A DNA stretch of 64,000 bases, taken from IMG/VR virus record IMGVR_UViG_3300009159_008968, positions 1 to 64,000 of that record; one strand, 5' to 3'. The notes under the pieces are model-generated. The model was given only the letters and a program-made list of their open reading frames with translations. It was not told the origin of the DNA and did not search any database. The DNA comes from a virus. Of this stretch, positions 36,303-46,312 are shown piece by piece (position 1 is the first letter of the stretch; each line of letters starts with the position of its first letter). Both the position numbers and the translations under genes were made by a program.

Positions 36303-39300
36303 TTATCCACACTTGCTTAAACCGCATTTCGGACAACTTAAACAACCTTCAGTGTATTGTAAAGCACAATCTGGATCATTATTGACACATTTTGAATTTC
36401 TTGCTTTAGTACCATCTTTAATATATTTTTTAATAGTACGGATAATTCCATTTTTCCAAGTATCCAATCTTTCTTCGTCAAGATTTAATTTTTCTACCAT
36501 CTCTACAACATATTCCAATGGCATACCATGACGTAAAATACCAGAAATCATTTTTGCATAATTGTGATAGGTAACTTCAAATGCATTTGAAAGACCTTCA
36601 ACGACCATAACATCATCTGACTTTGGATTTATAATAAAATCATATCTTGATGCTTCTTCTAATTTTAATCTTCTAATTTGACCATTTTCAACATTTTTTG
36701 GAATTCTAAATGCATCTTCCAAACCAGTAAATATTTCATATGGTCTTCCATCTAATAAACCAACAAACGCAATCCATCTTTCACCTTTGTTCATAAATCT
36801 ATGAACTTGAGCATCTAAAAACTTAGGACGTTTTGGTGCGTGATTATCTTCAAATATTTTTTTCTTTTCTTCTTCTTTCTTAGTTTCTTCTGAAATCAAT
36901 ACACCACTTCTTGAACCGTCACGATATACTGTAATTCCTTTACAGCCGCTTCTCCAACCTGTTTCATAAACTTTACCAACGATTTCTTCAGTAATTTCAT
37001 TTGGAAGGTTTACGGTAACTGAAATACTATGATCAACATGTTTTTGAATTCTTCCTTGCATTTCTACTTTCTTCACCCAATTAACATCATTGGAAGTAGC
37101 TTTGTGATATGGGGATCCTTCAATTAAGTTTTTTATTTCAGTTTCGTTAAGATTTTCTATTTGAGCTTTATCATAACCTTTAGCTTTCAAATAATCAATA
37201 AATTTATGGTGAAACACCGGATAATTCTGCCAACTATCTCCAACTTGATCAACGAAATCAACTCTTGCATCTTTATCATTAGGATTAATTTTTCTTCTTC
37301 TCATATATGATATTAAGAATGCAGGTTCAATTCCAGAAGTTGTTTGAGTCATAATAGAAACAGATCCTGTAGGAGCAATCGTCAAAAGAGCAATGTTTCT
37401 TCTTCCGTACTTCATCATATCAGCATAAAGTTCCATATCTTCTTCTTTAATTCTATTGATAAAAGGATTATTTCCTTCTTTAATTGAAGCGTAAATTGGG
37501 AATGATCCTCTTTCTTTAGCTAAATTTACTGAAGAACGATAAGCTGATAATTTTAATTGTTTATGAACTTCTTCAGTAATATCATTTGCCTTATCTGTAC
37601 CATAAGTAATTCCTAAAGCTGCAACCATATCACCTTCTGCAGTTACACCAAGACCAGTTCTTCTACCTTGTGTACATTTGTGTTTAATGTTTGTCCAAAG
37701 ATTTTTTTCAGTTAATTTTAAAAATTCATCTTCTGGATCAGAATCAATTTTCTCTAAAATTCTATCAACTTTTTCAATCTCAAGATCAATTAAATCATCC
37801 ATTAATCGTTGGGCTATAACTGCATGTTTCTTAAATAAATCCCAATTGAAATAAGCATTTTCAGTAAATGGGTTTTCTACATAAGAATATAAATTTAAAC
37901 ATAATAAACGACAAGAGTCATCAGCACAAAGAGTGATTTCGCCACAATTTTTTACAGTAATTCCAGCAGAAACGATGTATTTATTATCATCGAATTTTGT
38001 AATTATATCATAATTGTGATTATCGTCTACTGTGATATTATAAACATCTTCATAACCATAAAATTCAACCGATTCTACTTTGTGATTTGTGGCTACTTGA
38101 TTTTTAAAATTATTCCAAGTTTTAAACCTGAATTCATTCTGAATAAATTGTGGTAAACTATGTTCTTTAGCATGTTTAAGCCATAATTTATAAGTTAATT
38201 TTCCGTTTTTTTCAAATATTTTTTCACCCTCTTTTAATAACTCCTCGTTGGTAACATTTAAATATCGTCCGTTTTCAGCACCATTATGAGTTGCAAATTT
38301 TAATTTCCACTCGTTAGACATTTTATAATATGGGTTATTTTTCCCTATCATTTTTTCTCTATGAATTAAATTATGATCCTCATGTAATAAAACTTCTAAA
38401 TTTTCATATCGGTCGTCTTTTGAATCAAAATTTTTATGATGAATTGCATATTTTTTTGAATCAACAACATTGTTTGATATGAATTCGTGTACAATTCTAT
38501 ATTGTCTTCTATTTCTAAATGCTCCACCAGACATTTTGGCTCCAACTGATGAAATTTGTCTATAACCATTTGATTCAAATGAATAAAAAGGATTCAATGA
38601 ATCACCTTTTTTTAGATCTTTTAATTCAACATATTTTAAATTTTTCGTCAAAATTTTGTGATCAGGAGTCGCTATTAATTCACTTCCATCATCTAAAACT
38701 AGTTTCCAAACTTCAGTTTTATTTTTAGTTAATCTTGGATTTCTACCCCATTTTATTTCTCTTTGACCCGTTTTTGAATTTACAGAGTACACTGGAACAT
38801 CTTTACCTTCTTCAGCAAGCTGTTTTATTGTGACTGCATTTCTTCCGTCAGCAACTGCAATTAAAGTATTTCCAACGATACATGGATTCGTTGAAATAGT
38901 TTTGAAACCTAAATCTGCGTAGCAATCAGGAATAGATTCACGAATGATCGTATCCCAAAATAAAATTCCCGGTTCAGCACGTTGCCAAGCATTGTGTACA
39001 ATCTTTTTCCATAAATTAGTTGCATTAACTTCTTTTGTGAAAGTTGGATTATTGCTATCAACAGGAAATTTTGCAGTAAATGGAGTTTCAGATAATGCTG
39101 ATTCCATAAATGAATCACTAATTCTTACTGATACGTTTGCACCAGTAACTTTTGTTGGATCCATTTTAGCATCAATAAAATCTTCCGCATCAGGATGAAC
39201 AATAGAGAATGATTCCATTAAAGCACCTCTTCTTCCATCTTGAGCGACTTCTCTAGTAGAGTTAGAAAATCTTTCCATATAAGGAACAACACCAGTACTT

Positions 39301-39812
39301 GTCAAAGCACTATTTTTTACAGCAGTTCCCTTTGGACGAATAAATGATAAATCAAGACCTACGCCAGCTCTTCTTTTTTGTAACTGTACTAATTCTTGGT
39401 CTAATTTTAAGATACCACCATAAGAGTCACCTTCATTAGAATTACCAATTACAAAACAATTTGAAATTGATACATATTGAAAATTATTTCCAATACCTGC
39501 CATTGGACTACCTTGGGGAACTATGTATTTAAATCTTTTAATTAAATCAAAGATTTCTTCTTCTCCTAATCCATTTTCATAGTTGGCTTCAATTCTCGCA
39601 AATTCTTTTGCAATTCTTTTATGCATATCATTTGGAGTTAATTCATAAATATTACCCATACTATCCTTCAAGGCATATTTATTAATCCAAACTTGAGCTG
39701 CTAATTCATCTCCTTCAAAATATTCTAAACAAGCTTTGAATACTTCATCTCTAGAGTAAATTTTTAAATTTTCATCCATTTTTTCTTCTTTTTTTTCGAT
39801 TTGTAATTCCAT
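36303..39812 (-). CDS. nrdJ: Class II (adenosylcobalamin-dependent) ribonucleotide reductase with intein
   Basis: VWINKYALKD, PQGSPM, SNCFV, RRGALM, TNP[intein]CGEI, TIAPTGSVS, KGITVYRDGSR and C-terminal Cys cluster; closely resembles Bacteroidota NrdJ. Confidence 0.9.
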   Translation of the reverse strand: MELQIEKKEEKMDENLKIYSRDEVFKACLEYFEGDELAAQVWINKYALKDSMGNIYELTPNDMHKRIAKEFARIEANYENGLGEEEIFDLIKRFKYIVPQGSPMAGIGNNFQYVSISNCFVIGNSNEGDSYGGILKLDQELVQLQKRRAGVGLDLSFIRPKGTAVKNSALTSTGVVPYMERFSNSTREVAQDGRRGALMESFSIVHPDAEDFIDAKMDPTKVTGANVSVRISDSFMESALSETPFTAKFPVDSNNPTFTKEVNATNLWKKIVHNAWQRAEPGILFWDTIIRESIPDCYADLGFKTISTNPCIVGNTLIAVADGRNAVTIKQLAEEGKDVPVYSVNSKTGQREIKWGRNPRLTKNKTEVWKLVLDDGSELIATPDHKILTKNLKYVELKDLKKGDSLNPFYSFESNGYRQISSVGAKMSGGAFRNRRQYRIVHEFISNNVVDSKKYAIHHKNFDSKDDRYENLEVLLHEDHNLIHREKMIGKNNPYYKMSNEWKLKFATHNGAENGRYLNVTNEELLKEGEKIFEKNGKLTYKLWLKHAKEHSLPQFIQNEFRFKTWNNFKNQVATNHKVESVEFYGYEDVYNITVDDNHNYDIITKFDDNKYIVSAGITVKNCGEITLCADDSCRLLCLNLYSYVENPFTENAYFNWDLFKKHAVIAQRLMDDLIDLEIEKVDRILEKIDSDPEDEFLKLTEKNLWTNIKHKCTQGRRTGLGVTAEGDMVAALGITYGTDKANDITEEVHKQLKLSAYRSSVNLAKERGSFPIYASIKEGNNPFINRIKEEDMELYADMMKYGRRNIALLTIAPTGSVSIMTQTTSGIEPAFLISYMRRRKINPNDKDARVDFVDQVGDSWQNYPVFHHKFIDYLKAKGYDKAQIENLNETEIKNLIEGSPYHKATSNDVNWVKKVEMQGRIQKHVDHSISVTVNLPNEITEEIVGKVYETGWRSGCKGITVYRDGSRSGVLISEETKKEEEKKKIFEDNHAPKRPKFLDAQVHRFMNKGERWIAFVGLLDGRPYEIFTGLEDAFRIPKNVENGQIRRLKLEEASRYDFIINPKSDDVMVVEGLSNAFEVTYHNYAKMISGILRHGMPLEYVVEMVEKLNLDEERLDTWKNGIIRTIKKYIKDGTKARNSKCVNNDPDCALQYTEGCLSCPKCGLSKCG
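37947..38882 (-). mobile_element. Intein (312 aa) with HNH-type homing endonuclease, inserted just before the active-site Cys of NrdJ
   Basis: Starts CIVGNT after TNP and ends YNITVDDNHNY...ITVKN before CGEI; block B LIATPDHKIL; internal HEF..IHHKNFDSKDDRYENL..H...H. Confidence 0.9.
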
Positions 39813-40026
39813 ATTTTTTGTTATTTTTTTATATTTTTCTTTTTGTTTTAGACAAAAAAAACATCATTTTTTTTATGATGTTTTTACGTAACTAATTGAT
39901 TATAAATGACTTATATTTATTTGGTTTAAAAAAAAATAAAACTTTTTTCTTTTACATAAATAATAAAAAATTAAAAAAAATTATAAATTATTAAAAACTT
40001 TTTTGTCGTTGAAAATGAGTTGGTTA

Positions 40027-41436
40027 CTACTCCTCAAAATCTTCTGCAGATAATTGTGAACTTATACTTTGAATTGCTTGTTGTTCAATCATTGCAACGT
40101 GAGGTGCAATATTTTCAAGTCCATGAGAAGGTTGTCCAGTTCTATCAATTTCAATGAAAACTTTAGAAGTATCAAATAGTAATGGTAATTCAAAACCATC
40201 ATTACCATTTCTATTTTTCAATACTATTAATTGTGCTTTTTTCTCTCTTTTATTTTCATCGGTTCTAGCCAAACCTAATATAACATCTGCCGTTTGAGCT
40301 TTTCCTAAACTTTCTGAAATAACACTTAAATCAAATCTAGCTGAATTGATGGCAGAACGTCCCGCCTGAGAGGCTGTCCAAATGGGAATATCTAACTCCA
40401 TAGATAAAGCTCTTAAAGTTTCATAGATTTGAGTTAAACTATGTCTTTTTTCTGCATAAGTTGATGTAGGCTTCATGATATCAGCATAATCAACAAATAT
40501 TTCATCTGGTCGAAATCCGTCCCTTTCTAATATTTTAATATGATTTCTTACTGTATTAACAGTTGCAGAACCTGTTGGAAATTCTTTAATAAATAAATTT
40601 CCTCCCATTTTCTTTAACTCTTCAATTCTTTCACGAATAGCATCAGGGTTATCTAAAACATTTTTTAATTGAATATCATTTAAACAAGCATCAAAACGAT
40701 TTCCAATTACACGTTCAGCTAATTCCAAGCTATAGTAAACAACATTTTTTCCAAGCAGAAGCGCAGTAGATGCAAACTTTACCAACATCATTGATTTACC
40801 GCCACCTGTTGGAGATAAAATTACTCCTAATTCTCCACCTGATAACCCTCCACCAATTTGTTCATCTAATAAATCTAAACAAGGAACTGGTTTACGATGT
40901 TGTCGTACTAATCTTTTTTCAAGATCTTCGATATAATTGTGTCCACTATCTTTTATTTCTCCAAGCTTAATAGAGTCAGTAATTATTTTTTGTATTAATT
41001 CATAATCACCTTTCTCCCAACTTTCTGCTGCTTCTAATAAACCTTTTTTAAGTGATTGTTTTCTACAGAAATCAATTGAAATGTCTTTGACAAATTGTTT
41101 ATCAGTAACATTTAAATCTTTTAAAATATGTAGTAAATCAATAAGGCGTTCTTTTAAAACAGAATCCGATTCTTTTTCATTAATCAGATTAGTTATTGTA
41201 TTATACTCAGGAATTAGATTGTACTTACCGTAATAATCAACTATGTACTTGAGAATTATTTTTGTAAGAATTGAATCAAAATAATCCGGTTTTAAAATTT
41301 CTAATATTTGTTCTGAGAATTTCTCATCTTCTATAATAAGTTTTATTAGCTTTATTTGAAAATTTTCATCTAATAATACGTTGTTATCTTTTATGTTTAT
41401 TATAGTAGATTTAATCTCGTTAGAGTTATTTTCCAT
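40027..41436 (-). CDS. dnaB: Replicative DNA helicase (DnaB / T4 gp41-like)
   Basis: GGGLSGGELGVILSPTGGGKS, YSLEL, VDYADIM, WTASQ, KNRNG. Confidence 0.92.
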   Translation of the reverse strand: MENNSNEIKSTIINIKDNNVLLDENFQIKLIKLIIEDEKFSEQILEILKPDYFDSILTKIILKYIVDYYGKYNLIPEYNTITNLINEKESDSVLKERLIDLLHILKDLNVTDKQFVKDISIDFCRKQSLKKGLLEAAESWEKGDYELIQKIITDSIKLGEIKDSGHNYIEDLEKRLVRQHRKPVPCLDLLDEQIGGGLSGGELGVILSPTGGGKSMMLVKFASTALLLGKNVVYYSLELAERVIGNRFDACLNDIQLKNVLDNPDAIRERIEELKKMGGNLFIKEFPTGSATVNTVRNHIKILERDGFRPDEIFVDYADIMKPTSTYAEKRHSLTQIYETLRALSMELDIPIWTASQAGRSAINSARFDLSVISESLGKAQTADVILGLARTDENKREKKAQLIVLKNRNGNDGFELPLLFDTSKVFIEIDRTGQPSHGLENIAPHVAMIEQQAIQSISSQLSAEDFEE

Positions 41437-41454
41437 GCTGTAAAATTATAATTT

Positions 41455-41739
41455 TTATTTTTCATTTTCAAAGTTCTTCCACAATTTATTTACTTGCTCT
41501 TCTTTGTTTTTGTTTTGAATTTCTTTTTCTTTTTCAGCATATATTTCTAAAACCTTTTTTTTAAGATCAGTCATTAAAAAATAAGTTCTAGTTTCAATTA
41601 ATGTTTTAGGATCATACTTATCAGCGGGAAAATCAAGTTCTTCAATAACTTTTCCATTAAGACTTAAAGTTAAAGTAAAATAATTTTTTTTACCGGCTTC
41701 TCTTAATTTTTGGAGAAGTTCTTTTTCATTTGATTCCAT
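41455..41739 (-). CDS. Hypothetical protein
   Basis: ORF in the replication operon. Confidence 0.55.
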   Translation of the reverse strand: MESNEKELLQKLREAGKKNYFTLTLSLNGKVIEELDFPADKYDPKTLIETRTYFLMTDLKKKVLEIYAEKEKEIQNKNKEEQVNKLWKNFENEK

Positions 41740-41745
41740 AACACA

Positions 41746-42777
41746 TTAACTATTTAAAACTTTTTTACTATACTCTTTTTCTTTTGTAACTAATCTATAA
41801 AAAGGCTTGAAGAATGATTCCATATCATTATTATAAACAAGTTTTGTATACCCATCTTTAATCATCATTTTCATTGCATTGTTTATACTTCTATCATTAA
41901 AATTATCATTAGTATATATGATACAATTTTTTAACTCTTCTATCTCACTTAAAGATTCTTCAGGCAAAAAAGGTTCTTTTAAATTCATAAGTTTTTTATT
42001 TCTCTCAAAAATTCTTCTGGAGCCAATTATTTTTTCAAGTGTTTTTAATTTTTTTGTTTTATAAAGTTCAACACTCTCTGAAATTACTCTATCAATATCA
42101 TATTCCTCATCTACGAACTTTGGAAAGAATTTTAATATTGTTTTTAAAGCTATACCTTCAATACCAGTAATATTATCAGAATCATCACCTTCAAAACATT
42201 TAAGCAGTAAAACGTTTTTTATATCATATCCAAATAATTCTTTAAAATTATGGATAGTAATTAATTTTTTATCAGATGGTCTTAATACTGAAACATTTTC
42301 ATTGATTAATTGGTAAAAATCTTGATCTGAACTATATATTACTACTTGTTCATTTTCATCTAAATATTGAACATATCCAGCAATTAAATCATCAGCTTCA
42401 ATAAAATCAACTTCAAGCTGGCGAATAAATAACTCTTCAAGATAATTTTTGACTTTTATTTTTTGATTTAATATACTGTATTTTCTTTGTTCTTCATACT
42501 TGTATATGTTATCGCTCATATGTTGTGAACTATGTAACCATGATTTATCTCTGTTGCCTTTATAGGATGGATAGATTTCCTTTCTTGATTTACCGGAAGC
42601 TTCTCCATCCCACATTACGACAACTCTATCTGGGAAAACATAATTCACAACAGAACGTAAACTATCAAGAAAACCAAAAGACCCTCCACAATGTTCACCT
42701 TTCAATGAAAACATTTCATTGAGCTTCATGAAATTTCTTTTCAGATTCCAATTCCCATCTACAATCAATGTCTTCAT
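41746..42777 (-). CDS. 5'-3' exonuclease / flap endonuclease (T4 RNase H-like)
   Basis: LIVDGN, WDG, YKGNR, EADDLIA, SSDQDFYQL, GDDSDNITGIEGIA. Confidence 0.9.
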   Translation of the reverse strand: MKTLIVDGNWNLKRNFMKLNEMFSLKGEHCGGSFGFLDSLRSVVNYVFPDRVVVMWDGEASGKSRKEIYPSYKGNRDKSWLHSSQHMSDNIYKYEEQRKYSILNQKIKVKNYLEELFIRQLEVDFIEADDLIAGYVQYLDENEQVVIYSSDQDFYQLINENVSVLRPSDKKLITIHNFKELFGYDIKNVLLLKCFEGDDSDNITGIEGIALKTILKFFPKFVDEEYDIDRVISESVELYKTKKLKTLEKIIGSRRIFERNKKLMNLKEPFLPEESLSEIEELKNCIIYTNDNFNDRSINNAMKMMIKDGYTKLVYNNDMESFFKPFYRLVTKEKEYSKKVLNS

Positions 42778-43871
42778 TATTCATCTGCTGTAACTTGATC
42801 CCAAAATTTGTCAAAATTCAAATCCCAATCATCTTTATATTTCTTTTTGTATTCATCAATAGCTTTTTTATCATCCATAATGAAACCGTGATCAGTACAA
42901 ACAATTTTACCTTTTGAAGTTACGTTTGTAATATGGTTTTTATCAACTACTAATGCAGATTTAATTGCAAATCCTACCTCATTACCATCTTTAACCGCTG
43001 TTACTTTAGAGGATCTTGACATTACACCACCCATTCTAAATACTAAAGTTGCAGCAAGATAAATTCCATCGCCACCACTATGTACTAAAGATGGTTGAGA
43101 TTGGCCCGGAGAACTTTGCGGATATGCACCACTTACAAAAAAAGCTGTTGCATTATAAGGAAAATCCTGCTTTTGGGTTGCTGTTATTCTATGCCACATA
43201 TATCTGTGGATTTTTTCTCTTAATAATTTAGCAGTTTCCATCATCGCTCTTCCTTTGCCTTCTTCGTTTGATAAATATTCTGCTCTTGATGGAGTTGAAC
43301 CAACACTATCCCAAAGGAAAACTATATCTTGTGGTAATTCTCCACTTTCTTGATAATCGAGCATTTCCTTCATGAAATCAATTCCTTCCTCAATATATTC
43401 TATTCCATCCTTCAAAATACAATTCTCTAGATCTAATCCCATTGTGGCTGCACGTTCTTTTGAGAATTTATTTTCTGTTATAATAAGAACAGGTAAAATC
43501 CCATTTTGTTGAGCACTTACTGCTAACTCAACTAACATAGTTGTTTTACCAACGTCACTTCGTCCAAACACCATTGAAATATGACCTTCTGGTATTCCCG
43601 GAAGATGTGTAGTTTCTTGAAATGCTGGTGACATCGGAATCCATGAAACAGGTTTTTTTGGAACCTCTTCATGTTTTATGTTTTTCTTAAAATCAGCTAA
43701 TGAAAATTGTTTTTTCTCTTTTACTACAATTTTCTTTTTAGGTTTTTCTTTTGGAGCTTCAGAATCAAATTGAGCTTCTAATTCTTCCTGTGTTAATTCA
43801 TCATCACTACGAGTACCGGTAAAATTCGCTAATGAAATATCATCGTTGTCTTCGGTTTTTTTCTTTGCCAT
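42777..43871 (-). CDS. recA: RecA/UvsX-like recombinase
   Basis: GIPEGHISMVFGRSDVGKTT, TENKF, WDSVGS, SGGDG. Confidence 0.85.
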   Translation of the reverse strand: MAKKKTEDNDDISLANFTGTRSDDELTQEELEAQFDSEAPKEKPKKKIVVKEKKQFSLADFKKNIKHEEVPKKPVSWIPMSPAFQETTHLPGIPEGHISMVFGRSDVGKTTMLVELAVSAQQNGILPVLIITENKFSKERAATMGLDLENCILKDGIEYIEEGIDFMKEMLDYQESGELPQDIVFLWDSVGSTPSRAEYLSNEEGKGRAMMETAKLLREKIHRYMWHRITATQKQDFPYNATAFFVSGAYPQSSPGQSQPSLVHSGGDGIYLAATLVFRMGGVMSRSSKVTAVKDGNEVGFAIKSALVVDKNHITNVTSKGKIVCTDHGFIMDDKKAIDEYKKKYKDDWDLNFDKFWDQVTADE

Positions 43872-43882
43872 TTTATTTTATT

Positions 43883-44251
43883 TTAATTATTAAAAAATAT
43901 ATTTTCTTCTTCGTCCAAGTATTTATCCTTTACAGTATCGTACTCCTTTAATTCATCTATAATGTTTTCAGCATATTCATTATCTATTGGAGCCATATCA
44001 TACTTGTTTTCCTGAATATATTCTTTCATTTCCTCTAAAGTCATTCCTTCTAATTCAGGATGTGTTTCTGCGCTAATAAAAATTGGACCCTTGCTCATAT
44101 AGTGAACGTATGATTCTTCTAACCAAACTTCAACAACAGGTTTTTCTTCTTTTTTAGTAACCTTTGCTTTTACTGTAGTTTTTTTTGCAGTTTTCTTCGC
44201 AGTTTTCTTCGCAGTTTTCTTTGCGGGAGTTTTTTTAGTTTTTGTAGCCAT
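43883..44251 (-). CDS. Protein with histone-H1-like Lys/Ala N-terminal repeats and acidic C-terminus
   Basis: KKTPAKKTAKKTAKKTAKKTT. Confidence 0.6.
   Translation of the reverse strand: MATKTKKTPAKKTAKKTAKKTAKKTTVKAKVTKKEEKPVVEVWLEESYVHYMSKGPIFISAETHPELEGMTLEEMKEYIQENKYDMAPIDNEYAENIIDELKEYDTVKDKYLDEEENIFFNN
44187..44222. repeat. 12-bp tandem repeat x3 (encodes KKTA)
   Basis: GCAGTTTTCTTC x2 followed by GCAGTTTTCTTT. Confidence 0.85.
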
Positions 44252-44268
44252 GATTTTAATATTTTATA

Positions 44269-44595
44269 TTATTCGCTCATTTCAGGATTGTAAGGTTTCC
44301 AGTCATATTTTTTAGATTCCTTATCTCTACGTAAATAAAAAGTATTAGGATCTTCTTGTGTTTGACCAAATACTAAACTTGCTTTACATTTATAACATTT
44401 GATTTCAAGATATTTATATTTATTTTGAGCTAATCTTGCATTCAAATGAATGTTGTCACTTTCACACACTCCGCATTCTTCAATATCTCCAAAAGATAAT
44501 TTTTGAGCTTCCATTTGACACTCATAAGGATTTTTACCTTCAACCATAAAAGTAACAACCTCTTTTCCAATTTTTTTCTTAACAACTAATTGCAT
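44269..44595 (-). CDS. Zinc-finger hypothetical protein
   Basis: CGVC...CYKC. Confidence 0.55.
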   Translation of the reverse strand: MQLVVKKKIGKEVVTFMVEGKNPYECQMEAQKLSFGDIEECGVCESDNIHLNARLAQNKYKYLEIKCYKCKASLVFGQTQEDPNTFYLRRDKESKKYDWKPYNPEMSE

Positions 44596-44651
44596 TTATT
44601 ATAATTTTTTAAAATGTTAGATATTAAAAGTAATACATATAAATGAAAAAA

Positions 44652-46274
44652 TCAATTTATAGAATCAATTTCTTCTTCAATATTTTGTTCAGTACATTCC
44701 ATTAAATTTTTTCCTGTAATGTATTGAATATCAAAATTATATTTCCCATTTTTTTCCAGAATATTTCTAATATTTTCTAATAAATACATTTCTTCCGGAT
44801 GGATATCAAAAACAAAAGAATCAAATACCTGATACATAAATTGACTTTTTTTATCACTTAAGAGTTCTTTTATTTTAAAAAGTTTATCAACAACCATATC
44901 TGCTGCTATTGATTGGACATAGTTATTATAAGCAGCCCATTCTTTATTTGGATAAACTATTGTATTATAAGGATTTATAATAAATCCTTTTTCTTTAAAA
45001 TTTTCGGATAATTTTTTTGAATTATCAATTATAGGTTTGAGAAATTCTTTTATCTTATCAATTAATTTTATACTTAATTTATTTTCTTGTAAAATTGATT
45101 TGAGTTTATCATTTCCAACACCATATATTATAGCGTGATTTATTTGTTTTCCAATTTTTCGTTGTTCTGGAGTAATATCAGGCTTACCAAAAATTATTTT
45201 AGATGTTTCTAAGTGAAGATCACTATTTTTTAATTTTTCAATAAAACTCTCATCCTTAGTTAAATAAACTGAAAGTTTGGTTTCAAAAGAAACATAATCG
45301 AAAATTGCTATTTGGCCTTTATTAAATCCTGAAACGATTTCATTTCTTAATTCGCTGTTTTTTGGTAAAAGTTGTGGGTTAAATCTTTTATCAACACAAT
45401 TAATCCTTCCAGTAATAGTTCTTTTATTTGAATATTTTAAAATTAATTTCTTTCCGTTAGAAAAATTTATTATTTTATTTGAAAGCCAATTAGTTATTTG
45501 ATCTTTTTTATTAAATCTACTTAAAATATCTTTATTCTTTGCTATATCACAATTAAGTACATCATAAAATTTGTTCATTAGAAATACAAAATATTTCTCA
45601 TTAATTGGATAAGGAGAAAATTTATGCAAACTGGATTCAGTCAAAATAAAATTACTGCACATCCAACAAATGTTTTCTAATGTTTGAATTTCAAATTCAT
45701 TTAGATTTGAATAGTATGTAAAATTATCATAATTAAAAAAAACTAAATTGTATTTTTTTATGATATTTTTTAAGAAATCTTTTTTATTTAAAAAAGTATA
45801 ATCAATTGAATTTAAGTTAATACCACAAAATGATTTATCATTGAAAACATATAGAATATCATTTGATGATAAAAAACAAAAATTGATTTTATTAGAAAAT
45901 ATTTTTTCTAAATTATCATTTATGTCACCATCTAAAACACAATCAAAAGTTTTATAATTTTGGGGAAGATATTCTTTTAAAGATTTATTAAGAAATTTTT
46001 TTAAATCTTTTTCATTTATTTCCAAATCTTCCTCCGGAGAGAAAGTCCAATACAAATTTTTCCTTATTCTTTTTTGAGAGATTTTAACCTTATCAAAATT
46101 ATTTTTTACAAAACTCCAGCCAATTATTATTGTTGGTATTGCAAAATCTTCATTTAAATTAAAATCTTTATATGTGTTTATTCCAACGCAATAATTATCA
46201 TATTCAAAAGAATATGAGTTTATATTTGACTCAGACGTAAAAATTTGACAAAAATTAGTTTTTATAACTTTCAT
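44652..46274 (-). CDS. polA: Divergent family A DNA polymerase domain protein
   Basis: TITGRIN, motif A FDYVSFETKL, DLHLETS, motif B RKIGKQINHAIIYG, NNYVQSIAAD, motif C QVFDSFVFD. Confidence 0.75.
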   Translation of the reverse strand: MKVIKTNFCQIFTSESNINSYSFEYDNYCVGINTYKDFNLNEDFAIPTIIIGWSFVKNNFDKVKISQKRIRKNLYWTFSPEEDLEINEKDLKKFLNKSLKEYLPQNYKTFDCVLDGDINDNLEKIFSNKINFCFLSSNDILYVFNDKSFCGINLNSIDYTFLNKKDFLKNIIKKYNLVFFNYDNFTYYSNLNEFEIQTLENICWMCSNFILTESSLHKFSPYPINEKYFVFLMNKFYDVLNCDIAKNKDILSRFNKKDQITNWLSNKIINFSNGKKLILKYSNKRTITGRINCVDKRFNPQLLPKNSELRNEIVSGFNKGQIAIFDYVSFETKLSVYLTKDESFIEKLKNSDLHLETSKIIFGKPDITPEQRKIGKQINHAIIYGVGNDKLKSILQENKLSIKLIDKIKEFLKPIIDNSKKLSENFKEKGFIINPYNTIVYPNKEWAAYNNYVQSIAADMVVDKLFKIKELLSDKKSQFMYQVFDSFVFDIHPEEMYLLENIRNILEKNGKYNFDIQYITGKNLMECTEQNIEEEIDSIN

Positions 46275-46312
46275 TCCTACAAATGTAAGAAAAAAAAATT
46301 ATAATTTTATAA

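Noticed and set aside
39813-40026. AT-rich intergenic gap as a possible origin or small RNA
   Set aside because: It contains only a terminator-like hairpin (about 39855-39885) and A/T tracts, consistent with a dnaB terminator plus the nrdJ promoter; no iterons were seen.
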